From Tubiluchus corallicola (taxonomy: Eukaryota > Animalia > Priapulida): a stretch of DNA of 13,923 nucleotides. The DNA lies in the NCBI GenBank assembly GCA_030141605.1, contig JAQGDQ010002130.1, forward strand, positions 1-13,923, written 5' to 3'. The notes under the pieces are model-generated. The model was given only the letters and a program-made list of their open reading frames with translations, made no database searches and was not told the DNA's origin. A program made the position numbers and the translations under genes. Below are positions 1 to 8,965 of the stretch, piece by piece (the first letter of the stretch is position 1; each line of letters opens with the position of its first letter).

Positions 1-657
1 ATAGTCTATTTCTTATTTTATCGATATCCATAAAGTAAAATAAGCTATTTTATTTATTTTATACATATCCATAATCTTATGCACCCTGAGTATAGGCCAA
101 TCCGTCATAGACAACAAACATAAGAACTCGGTGTTCATCCGTTTCTTCTCTTTCATACAAGCATCGTCATAATGAAAACAGGTTTTATTACATAAGCCAT
201 CCCTAACGTTATGACGTGGCTTTTGCTTGCTATGTTGTCAAATAGAGATCCATACGGTATGTCAGAGGCACCCAGCTCAGATAAGCAGGTTAGCTAAAAT
301 TGTGTAATTGTAATTATTATGGTTTCCCAAACTCCATGAAAGAATGTATAAATTTCTAGAAGTTATGCACCAGTTGTAATTTTAAGAACCAGCGAGACTT
401 AAGTTAACAGAGCAACATTTATAAAACCTAATAATTACCGTACCCATATACGTAGTGTAGCCCAATTTTTGGGTTCTCCGTTTCGGAAACTAGGTACCAG
501 TTTAAAATTCTACGTTTCGTTTACCTAATCATAATAGATTTGGTACGTCACAGCACATGCTTTTTTCATTGTAACTCTTTCTGTCCAAAATCTCAAAATG
601 CTCAAAGGGTCAACGCTGGCAAAAGGACCACCGTCAATATTGTTAAAAGGTACTTCA

Positions 658-718
658 GCCACTTCAAGTCAACAAAACAAACCCAAATTGAAAGTTTTTA
701 GATCATTGGTTTTGTGAG
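658..718. repeat. Outer, more diverged extension of the inverted repeat (partner 9986-10046)
   Basis: GCCACTTCAAGTCAACAAAACAAACCCAAATTGAAAGTTTTTAGATCATTGGTTTT is the reverse complement of AAAACCAATGTTCTAAAAGCATTCAGTTTAGGTTTATTTTGTTGACTTGAAGTGGC (9991-10046), with 6 mismatches in 56 nt. Confidence 0.88.
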
Positions 719-929
719 AGACTACTACTTCATGATGCCCAAAGTCAAAAAAAATCATGTTTGAGTAGCTTTATTACGTTTTATCTGTAAAAAAATCATA
801 ACAAAATATAACAAACTAATTTGAGCCAAAAAAAAACAAAGAAATTAATAATAAAGTGAGACTGAATAATCAAAATAAACTTACATCATGGCTCTACTAC
901 TCTTGACAAATAAATGGTTTAACTGAGAC

Positions 930-930
<1 letters not shown>

Positions 931-965
<35 letters not shown>

Positions 966-966
966 C
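931..966 (+). repeat. (AAC)12 microsatellite
   Basis: Perfect trinucleotide run. Confidence 0.97.
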
Positions 967-1899
967 TCTCTTAGCCAAGAACAGACTGCCAACAGACCAG
1001 GTAAACTAGCTCTGTCAGTAGACCATGACAGAAAGAAGCCAAGTCAAGACATACACATGAATGCAGTTAAAAGGACAGTAGGGAGGGGGGGTTACAGAAT
1101 GAGAGAACACTTTAGTAATGAAATAACCTAAAATCCTTCACAGGTTTTATAACTTCTTTTATAAGTATCAAATTGCTTTCTCAGTTTGTCAATTCAGTTG
1201 CATTACATTCTAATGAACTCTCAAATTGCTGCCATCATTTTCACCACTGGGAGTCTGGAGAGGACAATTTCGCGTTTAACTGATGAATATTAAAAGGACC
1301 ATTAATTTCCTCGGTGTCACCATGGTGACGAAACGCTGCACCACACTCAGGCATGCAAAATGGCGTGCTTTCCCAGAATGCAGTGCCATCAATCCCGGGA
1401 TGCAAATTCAATCCCAGTATGCAAACTTTTATTCTGGGAAGATTAAAAGGTAATTTAGAATGGAACTCACGTTTTATTGAAGCGACGTGACGAAAATTGC
1501 TTGGCATGAAAGTGATGAATTTCTCGCTGTTATAATGACACATGCTTTTATGGAGGCAGTAAACAATTAACTCTTTCACTTCAAAGTACTAGGTTCTTTT
1601 GGTAAAAACAAATCATATTGTTCCATACTTACAAACTGTCGGTTGGTCTTTACAATTACTTTTACAATTGTAATTGTAAAACAGCCGATTTTTAAGAAAT
1701 TATGACGTCACGGGAGTATTTCACTCCGGGGCACAAAATGTAGTTTGGGGTCTGCGGGAGTGCTGTAAGCTCCCCCATTCGAGTCCCAGGGAGCCAAATG
1801 GTACATTTGAGTACTGTTTAGAGACATCTAGTGACACTTTAAAGTAGTTTTTGTATTTTTAAACCCTTAAGTTGCTTGAAACAAATAAGTATCCAAACA

Positions 1900-2080
1900 C
1901 TATATTTTAGGACGCTTCCTTCGAAACTCGCGATTTTTTCGAAATTTTGACCAAATAGCCTGCAGAAAAAACGTTCTAGCGGCGCCTGGTGGGACTCTCG
2001 GAAAAAGATATATAGTTCTTTAGAAAGAGCAAGAATATGACTATACGAACATGTGGGCTATATTTTAGGACGCTTCCTTC
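1900..2080 (+). repeat. Pair of perfect 23-bp direct repeats CTATATTTTAGGACGCTTCCTTC (1900-1922, 2058-2080), mirrored at 9059-9081 and 9217-9239
   Basis: The exact 23-mer occurs twice in each arm. Confidence 0.93.
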
Positions 2081-2413
2081 CTGAGGAGCTGTGACGAGTT
2101 GATTGGAGGTTCCATTTCGCACGATTTTCGCTTGGAAAACTGCTGACGCAAAGCCATTGTTCTGACGTCATCCATTATACTCTGCCTATAACTTTAATTC
2201 AGTAAAAGCTGCTGCTGCTGCTGGCTTTGCGTTAGGTAAGTAAACGACAATAGGTAGGATGTTCGCGTATTTTTGATAATACGTGTAAATTTATGGGCAA
2301 AATTTTTTGCGAGGCCCTTGCTAGTGTTTTATTGACTTTGACTCACTATTTAAAGGCCTTCAACGAGTTGGAAAAAACGCGAAAGATACTTTTGATATTC
2401 GTCTGCCACATAA

Positions 2414-2452
<39 letters not shown>
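2414..2452 (+). repeat. (GAT)13 microsatellite, left arm
   Basis: Perfect run. It produces the poly-His of ORF 2346..2534(-). Confidence 0.97.
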
Positions 2453-2455
<3 letters not shown>

Positions 2456-2463
2456 GACCATAA

Positions 2464-3170
2464 TGATGAATGAGTGATGAATGGTGATTGAGTAAGTGAG
2501 TGAATGAGTGGGAAGTGAATGAGCGAGCGAGCAAGCGAGTGAACGAATTGGAAGACAGTGAGTGAGTGAGTGAGTGAGTGAGTTAATGAATGGGAAATGA
2601 ATGAATGAGTGAGTGAGTGAGCGAATGAATGGGAAGTGAATGAGCGAGCGAGTGAGTGAATGAATTGGAAGACAGTGAGTGAGTGAGTGAGTGAGTTAAT
2701 GAATGGGAAGTGAATGAATGAGTGAGTGAGTGAGCGAATGAATGGGAAGTGAATGAGCGAGCGAGTGAGTGAGTGAATGAATGAAAAGACAGTGAGTGAG
2801 TGAGTGAGTGAGTGAGTGAGTGAGTGAGTGAGTGAGTGAGTGAGTGAGTGAGTGAGTTAATGAATGGGAAGTGAATGGATGAGTGAGAGAGGGAACGAAT
2901 GAATGGGAAGTAAATGAATGAGGGAATGAGTGAGTAAATGAATGGGAAGACAGTGAGTGAGTTAGTGAATGAGAAGTGAATGAATGAGTGAGTTAGTGAG
3001 TGAATGAATGGGAAGTGAATGAATGAGTGAGTGAGTTAATGAATGAGAAGTGAATGAATGAGTGAGTTAGTGAGTGAATGAATGGGAAGACAGTGAGTGA
3101 GTGAGTTGATGAATTGGAAGTGAATGAATGAGTGAATGAGTGGGGAAGTGAATGAATGAGTGAGTGAGTG
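2464..3170 (+). repeat. Compound GAGT/GAAT satellite with recurring GGGAAGTGAAT and GAAGACAGT sub-blocks, left arm
   Basis: Nearly C-free tetranucleotide array with higher-order blocks. Confidence 0.95.
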
Positions 3171-3493
3171 TATTATGCAACGCCGCATAATGTCGTCTCA
3201 GTTTGTTTACAAAACGTTAGTGTCCATCGTGACAGATGAAAATGTGACTTGATTATCACACAACCATCGGCATCGTTAAGTAATCAGTATACTAATTAAT
3301 CAAGTCATTAATTGATTAATTAATAAGTATATTGATTAGGATAGTTGTATAATAAAATCATAGCACGAAACAAGCAAATAATTCTAAAATATTTTCATCA
3401 TTTCTTGACGAGACTAATGAATCAAAACTTGACAAATAAGGTAAACTAAACATGTAAAACGGAATTTGCCGAATAACCAATTGAAAGAGCAGA

Positions 3494-3893
3494 ACAAGTC
3501 ACACAGCATGCTGGGTTTATTTAACTGCTATGACTTAAACTGTTTGTGGTGTGCTAAAGAAAAGGACAAGTCACTCAGCATGCTGGGTTTATTTTACTTT
3601 AATCACTTTAAACTGTTTGTGGTGTGTTAAAGAAAAGGACAAGTCACACAGCATGCTGGGTTTGCTTTACTGTTATGACTTAAACTGTTTGTGGTTTGTC
3701 AAAGAAAAGGACAAGTCACACAGCATGCTGGGTTTGCTTTACTGTTATGACTTAAACTGTTTGTGGTGTGTTAAAGAAAAGGACAAGTCACTCAGCATGC
3801 TGGGTTTATATTACTGTTATGACTTAAACTGTTTGTGGTGTGTTAAAGAAGAGGACAAGTCACACAGCATGCTGGGTTTATATAACTGCTATG
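3494..3893 (+). repeat. 72-bp tandem repeat, ~5.5 copies, left arm only
   Basis: ACAAGTCAC starts at 3494, 3566, 3639, 3711, 3783 and 3855. Each unit contains the palindrome CAGCATGCTG. It explains the 24-aa periodicity of ORF 3551..4000. Confidence 0.97.
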
Positions 3894-4171
3894 GCTGCAA
3901 TTTGGGAAAATATAACGAAGAACTTCGCAAAAACAATTCTATCGAGCATAAAGTTAATTTATACAACCGCTGTAGTGACCACCATTCACTTGTGACGTAA
4001 TCAATGGACTTCGTGACTTTTCGTAAGCTCATTGTGGCTTTCTTTAAAAGCGTGCTGCTCAAACTAGTTCACACTTCTAGAGTTTACCTGACAAGCTTAG
4101 TTGACTAATTTTTCCCAAAAGCTTGTATTTATACCGAAATTGACTGCACATTTCTTCTCTTCAACCGATGA

Positions 4172-4323
4172 ATGACGCCATTGGTGGAAGAATGGACTTT
4201 CATGACGTCATTGGTGGAAAAAATAGACGTTCGTGACGTCATTGGTGGAAGAATAGACGTTCGTGACGTCATTGGTGGAAGAATGGCCGCTCATGACGTC
4301 ATTGGAGGAAGAATGGACATTCA
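4172..4323 (+). repeat. 30-bp tandem repeat x5 with TGACGTCA (CRE) overlapping ATTGG (inverted CCAAT), left arm
   Basis: Unit is approximately TGACGTCATTGGTGGAAGAATRGACGTTCR. Four units have a perfect TGACGTCA and the first has TGACGCCA. Confidence 0.95.
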
Positions 4324-5157
4324 AAATTGGTGCGCCAAGTGTGAAATGATCCGGACTTCATACGATTTTACTAATTACACGAGGCACTCAATACGCTCTT
4401 ATTAATCTGTCTTCCTAGCATTTTTCACGAACTTCCCAGAAAGCTTGACTTTTCCTTTAAACGCCAAGCGAATTTTGAAAGCGACAAACACTCAGCAGTA
4501 ATTATTTACCTAACGATTTCTGACTAAACTTAGTCATTAGTAAATTAGTAAATTAGTAGTCATTCATAAACTTCGTGATTCTTTCATTTTTTAGCAAGCT
4601 TACAACGAGAACTTACTTTTGAGGCAATAACTTTTCCAGGAAAGCACTTCAAATGTCCGAATTTTTGGGATCAAAACGTCTCCACATTTGACTATGGAAA
4701 GTTAGGGTTATTGCTGAGAAATAAACGCTCGAATGGAGCACAATGGCAGAAATTCGGTAGAAAATTGTTTAAGAAGCTTTTCTGATTGTTTTTCAAGATA
4801 AACTCAATGGCTTTACGATGTTTTTACAAGAAAGCAAATGTCGCGTGATTGCTTTTGTCTGAATTTTACACCAAACAAATGCAGCCATAGTATTACAAGT
4901 GTAAAGGTTTAATTCCCCGAGCTGGCAATGTGGGAAACCAACATAGCTGAAGTTGTTTAGATCAACAGCACGGAAAATTAGCATTTTTATAACACTAATT
5001 CGAGAAAAATTCAATGCATAGGCTATTTCAATAGGAGAGTATTGAAAAATGAAAAGAAAAGTTTATTCGTGTTGAAAGAAATGCTAAAACACAAAACGAT
5101 AAGGAAATAAGTCACCCTGTCCTACAACGCAGAGCCAGTGCTTTAATTCTTCGTGTT

Positions 5158-5347
5158 ATCTCTTCATCTTCATCAAGGTCAAGGTCATCTCTTCATCTTC
5201 ATCAAGGTCAAGGCCAATATTTTCATCATGTCTGACTATCAGAGGTCAACGTCAATACTTTCACCTTGGTTAACAACCACAGGTCAAGGTCAACGCACTT
5301 TTATCACAACTGACAACCAGAGAACAATACTTTTGTCATGTCTTACT
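5158..5347 (+). repeat. AGGTCA-rich repeat at the inner end of the left arm, including a left-only 29-bp tandem duplication (5158-5213)
   Basis: Repeated AGGTCAAGGTCA and AGGTCAACGTCA. ATCTCTTCATCTTCATCAAGGTCAAGG occurs twice. Confidence 0.9.
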
Positions 5348-5399
5348 TGTCACAGCTCAATATTTGTTTGTTCATCTGCTTATATATTTGTTTGTTTGT

Positions 5400-5660
5400 T
5401 TGTTTGTTTGTTTATGTGTCTGTCTGTCTGTCTATCTGTCTGTCCGTCTGGTGTGTTTACTTGTTTGGTTTGGTTGCTTGACGGAGTGAGAAGCAAACTG
5501 TGCTCAGCTAAACATTTGTATGTTCGTTTGTTTATTTGTTTGTTTGTCTGTCTGTCTGTCTGTCCGTCTGGTGTGTTTACTTGTTTGGTTTGGTTGCTTG
5601 ACGGAGTGAGAAGCAAACTGTGCTGACCTAAACATTCGTTTGTTTGTTTATTTGTTTGTT
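5400..5660 (+). repeat. 120-bp tandem duplication embedded in TGTT/TGTC microsatellite
   Basis: TGTCCGTCTGGTGTGTTTACTTGTTTGGTTTGGTTGCTTGACGGAGTGAGAAGCAAACTGTGCT occurs at 5441 and 5561. Confidence 0.94.
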
Positions 5661-5896
5661 CGTATGTGTTTGTATGTTTGTTTAATTCTTGTTTATAATC
5701 TTTTCTTATCTTGCCAAGCTGGTTTTCCTGTTTTACCAAGCACAATGCTCACGCTGGCGACACCTCGCAATTAAACACCTCGCGTGCTAATCGTTAAATA
5801 CCATCGCTGTGAAAGTTTAATGAACAAGGTTTATGATAAGCTTTTATTGATGCAAAGAGATTCTTAACCCAAGTAAAAATATTGTTCTTCCTCTAG

Positions 5897-5998
5897 CGGC
5901 GGCAGGATGAGATGGAAAATGGCGATTTAGAGAAGGAAAATAGAGATAATCTTGAGAATGTCTTGGGTCAACAAAGGACAAGAAAAGGGGTACCTGAA
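5897..5998 (+). CDS. Candidate 102-nt phase-0/0 coding exon (RRQDEMENGDLEKENRDNLENVLGQQRTRKGVPE), product unknown
   Basis: Branch-like CTTAAC at ~5863, acceptor TTGTTCTTCCTCTAG ending 5896, donor GAA|GTAGGT at 5999. The exon is purine-rich and open in frame. No homology recognised. Confidence 0.4.
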
Positions 5999-6776
5999 GT
6001 AGGTTTCAGAAAAATCGCCTTAAAAAATTATATTACTTTATAGCAATTTTATGCGTATATATTACTCGCACTGAAAGGAATTTTAGTTTGTTTTCATTTG
6101 AAATCTCCCGCAATACTGTTCCGAAGTCGCCATTACATGACATCATGCACCAAACGTAAATCAAGGGAAGAAAAGGAAATGTTAAATTGTGTCTCAAAAG
6201 ACTTTCTGTGCAAATCTATGTTACTTGGAGTTTCGCTCACCTGCTAGAAAGACTTATGTAACTAGAAAAGAAAATTACTAATTATTTAAAATGTTTTCAG
6301 CAATTGGTAAAATGTCGCTGACTCACCCTCCAGGGTGCACCACTCACTAACTAAAAACGTATTTTTAATCTCATTGACAAGATATAGTAATTTGAAGTTT
6401 TATTTAGTTAGTGACTTGTGCGCTACAAATGCTCTGATTATTTTTTCAAACTTTACACAATCTTATCAAAACTTGTTTCAAATGACCTGTCGTGAAAATG
6501 GCTGCGTCTAACGGTCATCGCGGGAGTTTAAATTTACATGTTTTATACAGCGTGACTGCTGATTGAAGTCCTGCACGCAAAAAGTCAGTACCGTAAGTGA
6601 TATAAAATTTCAAAACGAATTTTTCAAGCTTTATGTTTATGAGGGGTTTTCTTGTGCTTTAATGATGAAAGTACACTAAATCAATATTACAGTCAAATCT
6701 GGTTTGGGACACCACTAATGATGGCGCTATAGCAGGGCTGATTTATTATGTAAAATAGACTTTCGGCAAAGCAGAC

Positions 6777-6995
6777 ACCTTGACCTTGACCTGTGGTTGT
6801 TAACTAAGGTGAAAGTATTGACCTTGACCTCTGATAGTAAAACATGACAAAAGTACTGCTCTCTGGTTGTCAGTTGTGATGAAAGTGTTGACCTTGACCT
6901 GTGGTTATTAATCAAGGTGAAAATATTGACGTTGACCTCTGATAGTCAGACATGATGAAAATATTGGCCTTGACCTTGATGAAGATGAAGAGATA
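6777..6995 (-). repeat. TGACCT (AGGTCA) array at the inner end of the right arm, ~108-bp unit, ~1.6 copies plus flank
   Basis: TGACCTTGACCTGTGGTT at 6781 and 6889. TTGACCTCTGATAGT occurs twice. Confidence 0.9.
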
Positions 6996-7834
6996 ACACG
7001 AAGAATTAAAGCACTGGCTCTGCGTTGTAGGACAGGGTGACTTATTTCCTTATCTTTTTGTGTTTTAGCGTTACTTTCAACACGAATAAACTTTTCTTTT
7101 CATTTTTCAATACTCTCCTATTGAAATAGCCTATGCATTGAATTTTTCTCGAATGCATCATAGTGTTATAACAATGCAAATTTTCCGTGTTGTTGATCTA
7201 AACAACTTCAGCTATGTTGGTTTCCCACATTGCCAGCTCGGGGAATTAAACCTTTACACTTGTAATACTATGGCTGCATTTGTTTGGTGTAAAATTCAGA
7301 CAAAAGCAATCACGTGACATTTGCTTTCTTGTAAAAACATCGTAAAGCGATTGAGTTTATCTTGAAAAACAATCAGAAAAGCTTCTTAAACAATTTTCTA
7401 CCGAATTTCTGCCATTGTGCTCCATTCGAGCGTTTATTTCTCAGCAATAACCCTAACTTTCCATAGTCAAATGTGGAGAAGTTTTGATCCCAAAAATCCG
7501 GACATTTGAAGTGCTTTCCTGGAAAAGTTATTGCCTCAAAAGAAAGTTCTCGTTGTAAGCTTGCTAAAAAATGAAAGAATCACGAAGTTTATGAATGACT
7601 ACTAATTTACTAATTTACTAATGACTAAGTTTAGTCAGAAATCGTTAGGTAAATAATTACTGCTGAGGGTTTGTCGCTTTCAAAATTCGCTTGGCGTTTA
7701 AAGGAAAAGTCAAGCTTTCTGGGAAGTTCGTGAAAAATGCTAGGAAGACAGATTAATAAGAGCGTATTGAGTGCCTCGTGTAATTAGTAAAATCGTATGA
7801 AGTCCGGATCATTTCACACTTGGCGCGCCAATTT

Positions 7835-7985
7835 TGAATGTCCATTCTTCCTCCAATGACGTCATGAGCGGCCATTCTTCCACCAATGACGTCACGAACG
7901 TCTATTCTTCCACCAATGACGTCACGAACGTCTATTTTCCCACCAATGACGTCATGAAAGTCCATTCTTCCTCCAATGGCGTCAT
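7835..7985 (-). repeat. 30-bp CRE/CCAAT tandem repeat x5, right-arm mirror
   Basis: CCAATGACGTCA repeats with a 30-bp period. Confidence 0.95.
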
Positions 7986-8249
7986 TCATCGGTTGAAGAA
8001 AAGAAATGTGCTGTCAATTTCGGTATGAATACAAGTTTTTGGGAAAAATTAGACAACTAAGCTTGTCAGGTAAACTCTCGAAGTGTGAACTAGTTTGAGC
8101 AGCACGCTTTTAAAGAAAGCTACGATGAGCTTACGAAAAGTCACGAAGTCTAATCAAAGTGTGATAATCAAGTCACATTTTCATCTGTCACGATGGACAC
8201 TAACGTTTTGTAAACAAACTGAAATGAAGTTACGCGGCGTTCCATAATA

Positions 8250-8887
8250 CACTCACTCACTCATTCATTCACTTCCCACTCATTCGCTCACTCACTCACT
8301 CATTCATTCACTTTCCATTCATTAACTCACTTACTCACTGTTTTCCCATTCATTTACTCACTCACTCCCTTATTCATTTACTTCCCATTTATTCGCTCAC
8401 TCACTCACTCATTCATTCACTTCCCATTCATTAACTCACTCACTCACTGTCTTCCCATTCATTCACTCACCCACTCATTCATTCACTTCCCATTCATTCA
8501 CTCACTCACTCATTCATTCACTTCCCATTCATTAACTCACTCACTCACTGTCTTCCCATTCATTCACTCACTCACTCATTCATTCACTTCCCATTCATTC
8601 ACTCACTCACTCATTCATTCACTTCCCATTCATTAACTCACTCACTCACTGTCTTCCCATTCATTCACTCACTCACTCATTCATTCACTTCCCATTCATT
8701 AACTCACTCACTCACTGTCTTCCCATTCATTCACTCACTCACTCACTCGCTCGCTCATTCACTTCCCACTCAATCGCTCACTCACTCACTCATTCATTCA
8801 CTTCCCATTCATTAACTCACTCGCACGCTCATTCACTTCCCACTCACTCACTCACTTACTCAATCACCATTCATCACTCATTCATCA
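8250..8887 (-). repeat. Compound ACTC/ATTC satellite, right-arm mirror of 2464-3170
   Basis: Same sub-blocks in reverse complement, with a different internal arrangement and length. Confidence 0.95.
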
Positions 8888-8895
8888 TTATGGTC

Positions 8896-8897
<2 letters not shown>

Positions 8898-8963
<66 letters not shown>
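8898..8963 (+). repeat. (CAT)22 microsatellite, right-arm mirror of (GAT)13
   Basis: Perfect run followed by a right-only ~37-nt stretch (8964-9000). Confidence 0.96.

Positions 8964-8965
<2 letters not shown>

Larger units (their letters stand above)
1157..5347. repeat. Left arm of a long imperfect inverted repeat (partner 6836-9994)
   Basis: Reverse-complement matches: 1157 TTTTATAAGTATCAAATTGC.. vs ..GCAATTTGAGACTTATAAAA 9994. ORFs 1241..1579(-) and 9584..9910(+) share MPSNFRHV..SSPDSQW. ORFs 4172..4405(+) and 7753..7989(-) share DVIGG..HSIRSY. Inner end GTCATGTCTTACT 5347 vs 6836 AGTAAAACATGAC. Confidence 0.97.

Noticed and set aside
60-190. Minus-strand peptides FVVYDG and HYDDACMKEKKR as further Academ motifs
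   Set aside because: Too short and not in a consistent order to accept without a search.
721-729. ACTACTACT as a Polinton/Maverick terminus
   Set aside because: No AGTAGT counterpart at a matching end, no 6-bp TSD, and no pPolB, integrase or capsid sequence.
907-1131. Stop-free + frame through the (AAC)12 run
   Set aside because: No early start codon, no convincing splice pair and no recognisable motif.
2346-2534. Poly-His ORF
   Set aside because: Produced by (CAT)n and satellite sequence, and not preserved in the mirror arm.
3494-4323. 72-bp and 30-bp arrays as CRISPR or as genes (ORFs 3551..4000, 4172..4405, 7753..7989, 7834..8028)
   Set aside because: Linkers are homologous to each other. 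The ORFs arise because unit lengths are multiples of 3. Indels shift the frame between units or between arms.
4701-4710. TTAGGGTTA telomeric motif
   Set aside because: Under two copies, which is expected by chance.
5153-5745. ORFs 5153..5626(+) and 5380..5745(-)
   Set aside because: Translations of TGTT/TGTC microsatellite and the 120-bp duplication.
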